From the NCBI GenBank assembly GCA_964019425.1, contig OZ025785.1, positions 682,001-746,000 on the forward strand: a DNA stretch of 64,000 nt, given 5' to 3'. This DNA is from Flectonema sp. DT1601. Taxonomy: Eukaryota. Position 1 is the first letter of the stretch, and each line of letters starts with the position of its first letter. Positions 46,348 through 59,309 of this stretch are shown piece by piece. The notes under the pieces are model-generated. The model saw only the letters and a list, made by a program, of their open reading frames with translations. It had not been told where the DNA came from and searched no databases. The translations under genes were made by a program, and so were the position numbers.

Positions 46348-48045
46348 ATGATGTCACTCCGTTGGACGATGGTGATGTGTGTGGTTACTTTGTCATTGTT
46401 GACTCCACTTCCGTGTTTACGACACCTTCATTCTGATATTGCAAGTGGAACAGTGAACAATGATTCAGTAATAGTAATAGATTTAAGACAAAAATTAGCT
46501 GAAGTTCAAAAGAAACTACTCGCGGCTGAAGCGATTGCGGAACTATCCGAACCGAAGAATGAAATCGAACACTTATCTTGTAAATTTCCCTACTACGACA
46601 AGACTTGGCAGTACTCCTGTTCTCCTGAGGGTACCTGTCCTTATGAGTTAGATTTACAAACTGGAGCAGCTTTGAAACATATGGCATGTCCAAAGGGAAA
46701 GCCACCAACACCTAAATTAAACATTTCAGTCCTTGACGATAATCTAAAAACTGTTTTAAAACAGATAAAGAGTTCTCAAAATAGCATCAATTTCCCAACT
46801 GGGAACACAAAGTCTAATTCAAGTGACATTCAGAGTTATGTAAACTCATACAAATCATTTTTACAATCGTTACCAAGTTGGAAATCAGTTTCAAAGCAAT
46901 TCACAGCAGAGGCTGGGATAATGTTTTTCGCTGGTGGGGAAAGGCTTCTATCGGCTTTAACAACTGCTCTTTACATAAAAACTGTTTTGAAATCGGTTTT
47001 GCCGATTGAGATTTGGAGGGACAGCAGTAAGAGTGAAGGGAAACCTACTCTCGAGATGATTAAAATAGCGGAAGCTCACGACATCGTCTTCAGAGTTATT
47101 CCACGAGAATACGGAGTTAGGTTGTACACATGGGATGATCAATGGGTTAATCCTGATGGTGTTGCTATCCTATCACCTAATTCTATTTGGATGTCAATGA
47201 AACCAATGGCAATCCTCGCATCGAGATTCGAAACTGTGATATTCTTCGATGATGATGCCATACCGATTGTTAAACCAGAGACTCTCTTAACATTCATCAA
47301 AGAAGACCCGACAATAACAGCTGTCTTCTGGCGTGATGTCTGGGCCATGTTCTCAGAAAGTTCAATTTGGGAACATTTAGACCTGAAAGTGAAACATCCA
47401 TTTCCTTCACAAGATTCAGGTGTACTTCTAATAAAGAAATCAACTTCATGGGAAGCCTTGGCTCTCTCAGTGTTCTTTAACATAAATCACAAGATTTACT
47501 ATCCTTTAATTTATTATGATAGAATAACAGCACATACAGCTTTCGGAACTGGTGACAAAGATACTTTTCAAATGGCGTGGATGGCTACTGGTAAGAAGTA
47601 CCATTTAATGCCACCTCTATCAATGGTCGGTGCGCATCGATGGCGTTGTGGTCCTACTCTTGGTCAGCCTGGTTATAAAACACCAGTTGCGATACTACAC
47701 ATGAATAGTTTTAAATTGAGATTCGCAGATTTCACATCTGGAAAATGGAAACGGTGGTTTGACGTTCGTCCAAAAGCCGGTTTCGCTCTCCAATCAGTTT
47801 ACAGTCTTAATGAGAATGAAGCAGCTAATCAATATGACGGCAAGAATCACGACCAAATCAAGTGGTCTGGGGTTCGAAAGTCAGGAGCAGCCCGCTGTCT
47901 AAAATGGGTTGCTCGTTTCAGTGAAGAAAGCCTAGAGAACATCGCTGGAAGGGATGTGGGTCTTGAGATAAGATCGTTTTACGAACGAGTCTTTTCTTCA
48001 CCTTGGGCCCCAAACTTTCTCAGTGAACTGCCGGGAATAAAATAA
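46348..48045 (+). CDS. GT71 (MNN2/Mannosyl_trans3-like) alpha-mannosyltransferase
   Basis: S.LPIEIW; K..AIL.S.FE.VIFFDDD..P...PE.L; AVFW.D.W; QDSG.LLI.K...W.AL; GDKDTF..AW...G..Y. Confidence 0.85.
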   Translation: MMSLRWTMVMCVVTLSLLTPLPCLRHLHSDIASGTVNNDSVIVIDLRQKLAEVQKKLLAAEAIAELSEPKNEIEHLSCKFPYYDKTWQYSCSPEGTCPYELDLQTGAALKHMACPKGKPPTPKLNISVLDDNLKTVLKQIKSSQNSINFPTGNTKSNSSDIQSYVNSYKSFLQSLPSWKSVSKQFTAEAGIMFFAGGERLLSALTTALYIKTVLKSVLPIEIWRDSSKSEGKPTLEMIKIAEAHDIVFRVIPREYGVRLYTWDDQWVNPDGVAILSPNSIWMSMKPMAILASRFETVIFFDDDAIPIVKPETLLTFIKEDPTITAVFWRDVWAMFSESSIWEHLDLKVKHPFPSQDSGVLLIKKSTSWEALALSVFFNINHKIYYPLIYYDRITAHTAFGTGDKDTFQMAWMATGKKYHLMPPLSMVGAHRWRCGPTLGQPGYKTPVAILHMNSFKLRFADFTSGKWKRWFDVRPKAGFALQSVYSLNENEAANQYDGKNHDQIKWSGVRKSGAARCLKWVARFSEESLENIAGRDVGLEIRSFYERVFSSPWAPNFLSELPGIK

Positions 48046-51000
48046 TGTGGGTACACAATCCCCTTTCGTGTAAATGATTTTTTTCATTAGTTTTTTTTTT
48101 GGAAACCATTTACAGCTTTACGTGAGGGCGATATTCTTTTATATTGTGTACAAACGAAAAGAAAAAAGAAAAAAATATGGAACACGAAATATGAAATATG
48201 AAATGAAAAAAAAAAAAATATAAGAAAATGGAAAAAAATCAATCTGAAAAATAATAAAATAAAAATGAATATGAAGCAACCGCTCATGTCGAATGGAATT
48301 GTAGGTAAAAGCTTTTTTCTTTTTTCTTTTTATTCAATTTGAAAAAAAAAAAAAAAAAACGTAGGAAAACAAATTTTTTTTTTTTTTTAAATCTCCGTAT
48401 TTGTGTTACTGTGGAGCTACCGAATGGTCAGGTTATCTCTTTTCAATTCTCTCTTTTTCTATCCTATTTTTTTTTTTTTTTTTTTTTTTTGACATTCGAG
48501 TAATTTCGTTACAAAAAAAAAAAAAAAAGAAGGGGGAAAAAGAAAGAAAAAAAAAAAAGTCCGCCATCATTGTAGTCCTCCTTACTTTTTTTTTTTTTTT
48601 TTTTTTATACTCATCCTGTGACTTGGATATTGCCTCAGGGATTCCTTTGCTCATCTGTTTATTATTATAATCCAAGTAAAAATATACTTCGCTGTTAACC
48701 GTGGTTTTAGATTATTGTTTTTTTTTTTACGTTTAACGTTTAACGTTCTTTCTTTTTTTTTTTTTCAAAAACAAAAAAAAAAAAAAAAAAACTCCTTAAT
48801 ACTTAATGTAATGATTTGTATTAATGTTTTCTTTTTTGTTTGTTTTGCAACCTTTTTAAATATAATAATTATGACTTTTTTTTTTTTTTTCTTCATTTTT
48901 TTCTAAGTAGTATCCCAGTTTTTTCCCATAGTGGAAGAAAACAAGGGTCAAGCTACACACGTTTTCTTTTTTTCTGTTCTTTCTTATTCTTGTCTATTTT
49001 TTTTTTTTTTTTTTTTTTTTTGACTTCATTAAAAGTGACGTGTCGGAAGAATGAAACAAAGAAAAGAATGTTTGGAAAGCAACAATTCTTTTTTTTTTTA
49101 GTTTCTTTTCGTACAAAAAAAATGAAATTTTGTTTTTTTAGTGTTGAATCTAAAAAAAAAAAAGCAATTACTAATTTTAGAAGGTATATTATTATTACCC
49201 TGTTCCTTGGTTTTCATGTAGTGTGTAGGCTTAGTTAGTGATTAGTGACTCGCTTGTTAATTTTTTTTTTTATATATTTTTTTATTTTTTTTTTTTTTGC
49301 ACGTGATTTCAGAATAGGATGTCTTCATTGCTGTCTGCCGAATAAGAGACTTTTTAGTCTGAATGATAATATTATTTTTCTTGTGCAGAATGGATTCTTC
49401 TTTTCTTTTTTTTTTTTTTTTTTTTAAAAAAGCAGTAAGCATCGGAGGTAGTTATCCCGCCCTGTTCTTTCTCAAAGTTGAAGGGAGTTTTCATGTAGTT
49501 GTAAGATATGTCATGTATTGGTATCCTAGTTTTTTTTCCATACAAATGTATTCTTGTTTTGTAGCAGAAGCCAAGAATTGGTTGGGTACCCACACCCACC
49601 CTGTTCTCGCACAGCTACGTTTTCTACAGAGTTTTTATTGATATGTTGTGTAACGTAGTAGTTGAGATTTATGACAAGAATGATCTGAAGAAAAAAGGTT
49701 TTTTTAATTTTAGCCCGAAACCTGATTTTTTTTTTTTTTTTTTTTGATTGATTTTAATTAACAATGCCCCCCCCCTACTGTTGTTTATGATACAAAACAT
49801 TTGTATTTTACGTACAAACTCGAACAGTTAACCCCACTTTTTTTTTTTTCTAAAAATAATAATAATTTAAGCTGACTGAACTTGAGTGAAAATATCGCAA
49901 AAAAGTGTTTTTTTTTTTTTTTTTTCAAAAAAAAAAAAAAAAAAAAAAAAACATGATGAGGTTTTGTGGGTTTAGTTGAAGGTCGGACTCTCTCGACCAC
50001 TCATGAACTCGGAAGCCTTCTTTGTACGCAGTTTTTTTTTTTTTTTTTTTTTTTTCGCTTGACCTTGAAATTGATTGGTAGTACAGACACCAACAACATA
50101 ATCTAATTTAATCCAAAACAAGTCCTCCACGCACTTAATAAAGTGGTACTAGTTGGTGGTACATGGATTATTAGGCATAGAATAACCTACTAACATGTGT
50201 TGAGTTGGACATCACCTCCTTCCTTTCTTCAATAAAGAGTGTTGGGTAAGGAGTCATAAAGCTTATTTATTTTTTAAGGACAAAATTCTAACTTATTTTA
50301 AAAAAAAAAAAAAAAAAAATACTATTTTATATTATACTTTTCGTGTCAATTACGGTTGAAAACAAAAAATAAAAAAAAATGAATAAATGAATATAAGGGG
50401 TAGGCCTTTACAGACCATGTGTTCGTAGCTTAAAAAATGTGTAATAAAATACAGCAGATTTTTTTTTTATTATCGGTAATTCAATTCTTTTTTTCTATTC
50501 GGTACAACAACCCATCCCACAACCAATCGGTAGCAACGACTGGCGTTGCAAACCTGATGACTACTTTGGCATTCAGGGAGAAGAATTGCAATCATCGAAG
50601 TTAAAAAGGTTTCCCATCTTCTTCAAGATAGGTTGGCGGATACCAATCAGACTCGTTTAATGCGTCAGTGTAGTGCACGTGCAGCCTAGGACATTTAGGA
50701 GCATCACAGACGTGCTGAAGGTGAATGCGTCAGTGTAGTGCAGCCTAACACAGTTAGTACCTGTTATTGACTCGCTCTTACCACAGTCCCCAGTAAGACA
50801 ATCAATACGTTAGTTCTCTCATCTCATCACAATGAGCAACACGTGATTGTTGGTGTGGGAGGGTAATTATTATTTAGTAATAAAATGTATTTTTTTTTTT
50901 TTTTTTTTTTTTACTTTGTTTCTTGTGTTTTTACGAAAAAAAAAGCTTTTTTTATTTTTTATTTTCTTATTCTTTAATCAGTTCAAATTGTTTGTTAAAC

Positions 51001-51598
51001 TTGAGAAGGTAGAAAGTCTGAAGATCGATGTCTTTTGAAAATATATTACATCTCTTCAGCTGAAACTGATTCAACTTATCCATTGCTGAGTCTTTCGGAA
51101 ACGGCTACGGATTTTAGGTCCTCTGTTGCTGTGAGTAGCAGCAACGTCGGATTAAAAAAAAAAAATTAAAAAAAAAAAAAAAAAAATGATAACAAATTAT
51201 TAATAATAGCAATAGTAATTATTAATAAAAAAAAAAATGATATCATCGACGTATATTTGAAGAAGAAGAGTCAAAATTATTGAACTGTATTAGTGTCTGC
51301 AAAGAGGAGTTGGAAGAGAGAAAGAGAGAAAAAAAAGAAACAATTATTATTATCAGCTATCTTCAAGCATCGCAAAACTACAACAGAGGTGGTTTTACGT
51401 TATCTCGTTATCTCCTTTTACAACGTGAAATTTTTTTTTTGAATATTTTTAGTGAATTGTTTGGAATTTTGTTCGAAAAAAACCTTTCCTTTAAACAGAA
51501 CAGCAATCAAATGATTTGTCCCACGTGGTGTTTAATATTTTTTCTCAATTTTTTTTTTTCTTTCAGTTCACTTGAAATAATTTAAAACAACGTGAAAC

Positions 51599-53155
51599 AT
51601 GAGTAACAGCTGCGAAGTCAGCTTCACCCCCCACCCTCCAGAGTTATTTCAGAACACTACTATTGAAAAACCTGAAAACAACAACAAGTCAATGTTTGAA
51701 GAAGCAATGAGGAGGTTGGGAGTGATAAGTGAGGAGTTGATGGAACCGACAGGAAAAGAAAGCATGCTGTCCCCTTCAGAAGTTAGAAGAAGAAAGTTAC
51801 AAAAGGAAAGTAGAGAAGAACTACTAAAATGTATTCACAAAGAGATGGAGAAGATGGAGAAAGAACAGGCTGTAGAGGCCTCTCGATTGCTTCAGTCTCG
51901 TAGTCAAGACACCATCACTATAGCTAGTCTGGCCAAACAAAGAATGCGGGCGAGGCAAAAGTGCATTGAGCACACGCTAAACCTCGCAATTGAGAAAAAA
52001 TCGAGTGAACTCGTTCACATTAAAACACTTCAGCAATACGATCAACAGCTTCTGCAGCAAAAGTTCGACCGACTGAAAGACAAAAAGAAAATGCGTCAAA
52101 CTCAAGACTCAGTTATACAAAAAAACAACGAACTGCAGAGAAATCGACAGACAAGAGTGAAACAGAGACTAGCAGAAGAACACACCAGAAAAGAACAAAA
52201 ACTTGCAGCAAACCTAAACCGAAGTCAAGAAGTAAATGAGAGACGAACATCCTACATGATTCAGAAACATACCAACACTCGACAGAGACATCAACATACC
52301 CTCGTTACTGTCGAGGCTAATAGACGAGGTATTCAACAACGTCGAACCGAAACAGAGAAAATGAATTCAACGTGGGAGAGAGTTAATCGTTGTAAAGCCG
52401 CTGCGGAGGATGCCAGACAACAACGAGTTGACAATATAAAATCAAAGCATGGAGAGAAAATTGAAAATGCTCGACAGCGTTCTAATCAAATAAATAAAAA
52501 TCAAAAACAACAAGCGATAGATAAAGTAGTAAACAACGACGTTAAGTTTTTAAAATGGAAAGAAGGCTACGGACGAGCACAAGAATCCCTTGAACACACC
52601 ACACTAAGCAATGAACAACATCGCAGAACAGTCTTTAATAATTACAAGCGAATAACAGAAGAAAACAGAAATCGCTGCCTCACATTCAACTCCCTCAACG
52701 ACATGTTCTGCGAAGAACAACTAAACGCGATTCGTGAAAATACTGAAAACCTACAAAGTAATTTAAGCTACAGTAATATTAAAAAACGTCAAAAAGGAGA
52801 ACGAGCTCGTCGAATGCAAACCCACAGAGAGAACTTAATCAGACAAAAGACTGAAGCTCGTCAAGTTAAGTATCGTCGCTTAATGGATGAGTTGGATTCG
52901 TGTTGGTGTAGTTTACAACAATTCGGACTCGACGTCAGAATTGAATCTCAGAAATTACGAAATGCGACATCTTGCGGAACAACTCCTGAAGTTCAACTTC
53001 GAAAGCTGCGAGAACTTCTCAACAAGTCAAACAATGAACTCAAATCCAACTCTCCTCGTAAAGAAACCATCGACGTTGTTGATAGTTCGTATCCTTTTGA
53101 AGGCGATGACTCTATTACTGCAGCTGTTACTACTACTCCGATGTTCGAACTTTAA
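51599..53155 (+). CDS. Coiled-coil protein (518 aa), function unknown
   Basis: Long ORF rich in R/Q/K/E with helical heptad character. Confidence 0.8.
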   Translation: MSNSCEVSFTPHPPELFQNTTIEKPENNNKSMFEEAMRRLGVISEELMEPTGKESMLSPSEVRRRKLQKESREELLKCIHKEMEKMEKEQAVEASRLLQSRSQDTITIASLAKQRMRARQKCIEHTLNLAIEKKSSELVHIKTLQQYDQQLLQQKFDRLKDKKKMRQTQDSVIQKNNELQRNRQTRVKQRLAEEHTRKEQKLAANLNRSQEVNERRTSYMIQKHTNTRQRHQHTLVTVEANRRGIQQRRTETEKMNSTWERVNRCKAAAEDARQQRVDNIKSKHGEKIENARQRSNQINKNQKQQAIDKVVNNDVKFLKWKEGYGRAQESLEHTTLSNEQHRRTVFNNYKRITEENRNRCLTFNSLNDMFCEEQLNAIRENTENLQSNLSYSNIKKRQKGERARRMQTHRENLIRQKTEARQVKYRRLMDELDSCWCSLQQFGLDVRIESQKLRNATSCGTTPEVQLRKLRELLNKSNNELKSNSPRKETIDVVDSSYPFEGDDSITAAVTTTPMFEL

Positions 53156-53437
53156 ATTTTTGTTTTGTTTTTTTTTTTCCGTTTTGTTAGATGTCTATCG
53201 TATAGATGTGTTATTATTTACACAATTTAACTTTAGTTAAATTATACTTATTTTCGGGGGTATGAAAGCCATCTCTTTCGGGATGGATTTTCCTCTTTTT
53301 TTTTTTTTTTTTTTTTTTTGTTTGATGTAATTAACAATGGTTGGTTTAGTTGAGTTGTTTGTTTTTTCTTAAAAAAATTTTTTTTGCAACAATAACCAGA
53401 GTAATATACTTTAAAAAAAAAAAAAATTAATTCGACA

Positions 53438-54376
53438 ATGGTTTGCACACTAGACATGAGTTTTCTTATGAACAGTTGCTGTGATGAGGATGATTTTGGT
53501 CCACCAGAGTTATTGTCTCCTGAAGTGACTCCGAGAACTGATATCCCAGAAGACGTTGATGTCCACGACCCCGTCTACAATGTAAGAATTGTTATGAAAT
53601 CCAATGAAATGGACATCACTGAAGGTCTTCTCAACTACGCAGTTAAAAGAAAAGCGATTCTTTGCAATGACCATCATCCTTTTGGTGCTGTTATTGGATC
53701 AGGATGTACTTTAGGAAATGAGTGTAATCAAATTCACGTCAAACCTTCTTCATTAGAGATGTATAGACAGAAAGCTGCAAGCGGAGGTGCGAAACCCAGA
53801 AGTTTTGTTAAAGTAATCAACGCGATTGATCCAAAAACTAAATGTGTTATCGGCATGAGATTCGCTCACACTGAAGACACCACTGGACGTGATTCCTATC
53901 GCCTGGCAGCTGTGAAGGGAACTCCAAATGAAAAGTTTACTTTTTGTACTCAACACTTGTCAGACAGAGGATGTCCAAAACGTAAAAGATGTCAGAACAT
54001 CCACGCAAAGGTTGACCAATGGCGTAAGCAATCCTGTTGTCAACAACACACTGGAACTGCAAAGGGAGGAAGTCGTTCGCCAAATTTAATAATCGGAAAC
54101 CATGTAATCGCTTGGGATAAAGTAGCAGTAACAAAAGGACTTCGTATGTTTAGAGGAGATGACGTTATAATCCCTTCAAAGTCAATCTGCAAATATCACC
54201 TTGAAGGATACTGTAAACTAAATATCAACTGCGAGGGAATTCATTTATGTCGCGGCTCCTACACAAACTTATTAAGGCAAACTAGTTCTTCCAGTACGGG
54301 ATCTGAAGCTGCAAGCGCTTCTTCGGAAGAGCCTCCGATAACAATTCCTCAATTTCTCGAAGTTTCCCATCGTTAG
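53438..54376 (+). CDS. CCCH zinc-finger RNA-binding protein (kinetoplastid ZC3H-like)
   Basis: Three CCCH fingers (LC.......C..G..CNQIH; FCTQH....GC.....CQNIH; ICKYHLEGYC.....C.GIHLCR), plus a CC..H motif and a repeated T.G motif. Confidence 0.8.
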   Translation: MVCTLDMSFLMNSCCDEDDFGPPELLSPEVTPRTDIPEDVDVHDPVYNVRIVMKSNEMDITEGLLNYAVKRKAILCNDHHPFGAVIGSGCTLGNECNQIHVKPSSLEMYRQKAASGGAKPRSFVKVINAIDPKTKCVIGMRFAHTEDTTGRDSYRLAAVKGTPNEKFTFCTQHLSDRGCPKRKRCQNIHAKVDQWRKQSCCQQHTGTAKGGSRSPNLIIGNHVIAWDKVAVTKGLRMFRGDDVIIPSKSICKYHLEGYCKLNINCEGIHLCRGSYTNLLRQTSSSSTGSEAASASSEEPPITIPQFLEVSHR

Positions 54377-56161
54377 ACGTTTATGAAATAAATATAAAAA
54401 AAAAAAGGTAATCACGGCATTTATGAACTTCTTTATATAACTATTTCCGCTTCTTGGGTCCAAACCTACCTTTGTCTTCGGTAGCGGAATATATATCACA
54501 AAAAAAAAAATATAATAAATATAATAATATTACTGCGAGGGGGGTCAAGACTACATAGGTGTGTAAATACGTAAGGGTAGGGGACTGCTACTGGAGTCTT
54601 AACCATCGCTATTTTTCATACACCATTTTTGTGTTATTTTGTAGTTTTCTTTCTTTCGTAACTTCGTTTATTTTTTTTTTTGATGATCTTTTTTCGAGCA
54701 ACAAAAAAAAAAAAAGTTTGGGTAAATGAGTGTATTTCATTTCGTAGATTACTTTTTTTTTTTTTTTTGACTTTTTTCCCGATATCCCAGGCGCGATTTT
54801 TTTTCTCTCTTTTTTTTTTTTTTTTGACAAAATTCACGGCAGCTATTTGCTATGCCTTGAGATGTATTGGAATGATGTTTTTCAGGGGATGACCATACCA
54901 TTAGTTTGTTTAGAAAAGTATAGACAGTGGTGAATAAGCAACATCCTTCATGGCAAAATTGTGTTTCAAATGAAAATCTTAATGGTATCTTTTTTTTCTC
55001 CTTTTTTTTTTCTACAAAAAAAAAAAAAAAAAAAAAAAAAACTTGAACTTCTTTTATTTTTAAATCACTTTAGTAAGACCTTACCAGGAGTTTTTTTTTT
55101 TTTTTTTCATTGTCAATAGCGTGTTTGCATCTTATTCTTTTAGCTATTGGGAACTGAGGTGATTTAACTCATAATAACCCCCCACTGACATCCCAGCAGC
55201 TCGTTTGTGTGTCGCATCCCCTTCTTACTCTGGGAAGTGTGAGATGTGTGCACAGAAAAGAGTTGAAATTAATTGTTAACATTAAAACGTTATCTTTGAC
55301 TTCAGAGTAAAAATAGCTATTTAGCAGAAAAAGTTTTTTAGTTTTCCCATCGTCTTAGAGCGCGACTCTTCTACGATATTTTTCAATATGCGTTAATTTC
55401 TGTTATTTTTTTTTTTTTGTCATTCAAATTCGTACTATTTCCCTCCCACGACGGCAATCTTTTTTTTTGGAACTTTATTTTATTTATTTATTTTTATCCC
55501 ATCAAAGTTACCCTCCTGCAACCAGATTTAGCCGAACCCTATATTCGTTTTTTTTTTTTTTTTTTTTTTTTTGCCGTTTCCATTTAATATTATTATCAAG
55601 TTAGTATCCTCCTTCGTTCTCAAAAAAAAAAAAAAAAAACTGACAGAACTTTTGAATTAAAACAGATATTTCAAAAAAGGGGAATTGTAAATTTGTACTT
55701 ACGAGCTGCGGTAGCAATTCCCTTTCTTAATTCTACCTGTTGAGAGAGGACGATACTGTTTTTTTTTTCTTTCTTTTTTTTTTTTCAAAAATTTAAATCT
55801 CCCCCCTTCTTCCCAAACTTAGGATTGAGGTTTTCACGGTGCTAATTCCTACGGCGAATTCAATTCATTTATTTTTTTTTTTTTGACGGGTTTCTGATTT
55901 CCTATCCTCTCAGTAGCCGCGTAGGATATTTGGCGTTGCTGACTCGATCCATATACGATGATTTCCTTTTTTTATTTATTTTATTTTATTTTTTTTTTTT
56001 TTTTTAGTTTTTATGAATTCACTTTTTATTATTAGTTATTATTTTTTTATTTTTTTTGTTCTTCCCTCGAACTTACTTCAAGGTTAACAATTCAGGTTTT
56101 TTCTCTCCTATGAGAGTCTTGTCTTCATATTGTTGTACCAAATGAATGGATCCTGATTCCG

Positions 56162-56193
<32 letters not shown>

Positions 56194-58157
56194 AACTTCT
56201 TATTTGTATTACTGTGGAGGCTTCCCGAACAAAAAAGGTGTCATCTACGGTTCAGTAATTCTTTTTTTAATGATGCCTGTTATTTCTTATTCTTCAAAAA
56301 AAAAAAAAAAAAAAAAAATTTTTTTTTTTGATCCGACAATTCGCTTTGAGCAGTTTGATATTACAGTAATAAGAAGAAAAAAAAAAGGGGGGGAAAAAAA
56401 AAATGTTTTTTTAATTACGAATATTAAAACTTTTTTTCTTTTTTTTTTTTTTCTTCTTTTCTGTTTCTATTTCAACGCCATCCCCTCATTTTCTTAGTTT
56501 TGTCGACTGAATTGCCTTCCTCTCTCTCTCTCTTGAACGAAATTTAATAAAAGATTAAAAATCACTGCTGCTGGCATCCACAACACGGTCATGTGTCCCT
56601 TGTAAGCGAGTTACTCCAGGACCGTCTCGTCTGGCAATATATTAACCTACTTGAGGACAGCTTATTGTTCTTAAGGTTGTAACTGCTGTGATCAGGACTG
56701 GTTCTGCATATGTACCTCGAGAGCACAGGTGGATTTTCGGCTGGGTTTGTCAGTCAAAATGGTTTCTTTTTTTTTAAAAAATCGGGCTTAGTTAGACTCC
56801 ATCATAACACAACTGATGACAACCTAGGCGAGTGTTGTTAGCATCTCCCTCACTACTTTCTTCAGTCAAAAAAAAACGTGCGTCCACTTTGTTGTCGCAT
56901 TAGGCGATCCTGTATCAGCAGAAATACTAACATTAGAACAATTAAATTAGTGAAGTCGGGGGCTGATTTGCGAAGTAATATCAATCTAGCCTTCCCTGAC
57001 CCCCAATTAAGGTGCGCAATGTTGTGTGATATGAACAAATAGTTATTTATCTGCTTTTCTATTTACCTTCGTTGTATTCTTGTACTTTCCGAGAGTGGTC
57101 TTCGCTAAGTGTTGTGGCAACCATACGAGCCATGTGGCGATATTTTAACTTTTTTTTTTTTTTTTTTTGATGAATTCATTTTACATCTCTTCCTCTTTTT
57201 TTTGAACGAGCGATAAAAATAACTCCGCCGTCGCAATTAACGTCTCGAATGATGACCAAACCAACGTAACCAGATTGGTGGTCTCACTCCTACTGCCCCC
57301 CCTTGGCAGCAATTATCTTATCTGCAGTGCCTTCTTCGTTGGCAGCGACTCGTAACCACAACCACCCTTGAGAAAGGAGGTCGTCTAGTGTCGGGTTTCG
57401 CAAGCCAGAAAACAAAGGTTGCAGATTGACGGTTGCTCTGCTTATCTGTAGACACTTTGTTAGGTTTGATTTTTTCATTTTTTTTGACTCCCCCCCCTCT
57501 TTTTCTTGTTCTGAAAAAACTGGAATTAAAACTCACAGTACGTTCACAACAACTGAGTGTTCTCTCTATTCGAAAAGACAGCTTTTGTTAAAATCTTCCC
57601 GTGGGATGCGAAAAGGGAATCATATCTTTGAAACACTTAACTAGCCTGAAGAGTGTTGGTGAGATTGCTGACAGCTGGCTCGCCAAACTTACTCTGTGTT
57701 GATGATGACATGCTTCCCCTGCCCCTGCCTGTTTGAACTTGAAAAACAATAGAATCACCCCGACTGACGTGACTATGCGATGGGTCCAGTCTGGTCATCG
57801 GAATGTCAAAACGACTTCCTTCTTTTACAATAACGCTTTTTTTTTTTTTTTTTTTTTCCCCCCCTTTTTTTATTTTCGTTTTTTTTTTTTTTATTTCTCA
57901 CCTTGAGGAAAAAATAGGGAACGAAGCTGACTGTACATCTCAAGCTAACACGACACAGTCTTTGGGTCGGTTTCTGTGATTTGTTTGTTGCCTCGATTGT
58001 TGTGGAAACTTTTATTATTTTTTCATTCTTTTATTACTCCGACAGGTTGCTTTGAATGGTAATAAATTTAACTTTGAAAAATATTCGAATTTGTGTACAC
58101 AAAATGTGATTATTAGAATTCTCTTTCTAGGTTTAGCATTACAGCAACTTATTAAAA

Positions 58158-59309
58158 ATGAAATCACAAATTCTTGCCTTCGCTATGTTGGCTACCGCTG
58201 CATTAGCAATGGACTGCGGTGGCCACGGTACGTTCGCAGAGAACTGTTGCAAGTGTGATGCTGGATACGCAGGCAGCACTTGCATGGAGTGTGCTCCAGG
58301 ATACGCGAAGGGGATGGTCAACGGAGAGATGATGTGTGGAAATGGAAGAGACGGAACTGCGTGTACTGACGATGGAATGTTCCCATTCTTTGGATGTGGT
58401 TCAGTTGGTACATGTAAAGATAGCAACACGTCGAGCAAAACCTTTCCTTGTGTTTGCAGGGACTTGCAGGGAACCGTCGTTTCGTGTGCCACCAAGTACG
58501 TTGAGAAGCAAACGACCTGCTCCCCACGTGGAGCGAGAATGTACACCGCGTTCCCGAACGAGCCTCGTTTGGACCTTCCATTCAGTCTGACAGTCGTAAC
58601 CTGTGGTGAGACTTCTCCTTCCCTGATGATGGTTCCAGCCTACAAGGAGGATGGAGTGACCATGAACAGCTGCAGCAACAGAACCGGTGAGACTGGAGGA
58701 TTCGCCGCCGAGTGCGTGATGCCGAGCAACGGCGAAGGAAACGCGACTGTGAGCGTGAACTGCCGTGACGGAGTTGTGTTGACCAACTTGAACGCTGAAT
58801 TGTCCACCCGGGACATGGCTGAGTTCACGTACTCTGGTATGATTGTGACGAAGGACAACTTCTTCGTGAGCAGCCAGGAGAACCCTGCGAACAGAAACAA
58901 GTTCAAGGTGTGCGCGTCGAGAGTCGTTCCTGTCGCTGCTGGAAGCTCGCAGATGGAGACGATCTGGGTGCCTGTTGACGGACACAACGACGATGTGAGC
59001 CGCAGAGACGAGGACTTCACGATTGTCAGCGAAGACGATGCCAACAAGAACCGTGCTGCGGGTAACCTCGAGGGAGTTGGAGGAGATGACTGCTGTGACG
59101 GTCTGAAGATTGGATTCTGTCTTCCACTTTGGGCGTTCCTTTTGTTGTGGCTCTTGATGGCTCTGTGTCTCGGATTCCTCGGATTCGCACTTCACAAGAA
59201 CAAGAATGAGATTGAAGCGAAGAAGAACAACGAGAAGTATGAGAAGTTCAACACCGATGCTGAGATGATTGAACACGCTGCTAAGGAAGCAGATGATGAC
59301 GACATCTAA
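58158..59309 (+). CDS. EGF-like Cys-rich type I membrane protein, copy 1
   Basis: Signal peptide; CGGHG...C.CDAGYAGSTC.ECAPGY (laminin/EGF-like); TM LPLWAFLLLWLLMALCLGFLGFAL; acidic tail. Confidence 0.88.
   Translation: MKSQILAFAMLATAALAMDCGGHGTFAENCCKCDAGYAGSTCMECAPGYAKGMVNGEMMCGNGRDGTACTDDGMFPFFGCGSVGTCKDSNTSSKTFPCVCRDLQGTVVSCATKYVEKQTTCSPRGARMYTAFPNEPRLDLPFSLTVVTCGETSPSLMMVPAYKEDGVTMNSCSNRTGETGGFAAECVMPSNGEGNATVSVNCRDGVVLTNLNAELSTRDMAEFTYSGMIVTKDNFFVSSQENPANRNKFKVCASRVVPVAAGSSQMETIWVPVDGHNDDVSRRDEDFTIVSEDDANKNRAAGNLEGVGGDDCCDGLKIGFCLPLWAFLLLWLLMALCLGFLGFALHKNKNEIEAKKNNEKYEKFNTDAEMIEHAAKEADDDDI

Noticed and set aside
50659..50750. 19-bp direct repeat AATGCGTCAGTGTAGTGCA
   Set aside because: Only two copies in a eukaryotic intergenic region; not a CRISPR array and no associated genes.
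48087..51585. Many 60-130 aa ORFs rich in F or K (also at 2300-2581, 6899-7718, 21451-22592, 37061-38062, 54609-56497)
   Set aside because: Translations of poly(T)/poly(A) runs in non-coding DNA.
58401..59276. 291-aa antisense ORF (and 233 aa at 60891-61592) over the EGF-like genes
   Set aside because: Shadow of the G/C-biased sense codon usage; it has different lengths in the two copies and no recognisable motifs.
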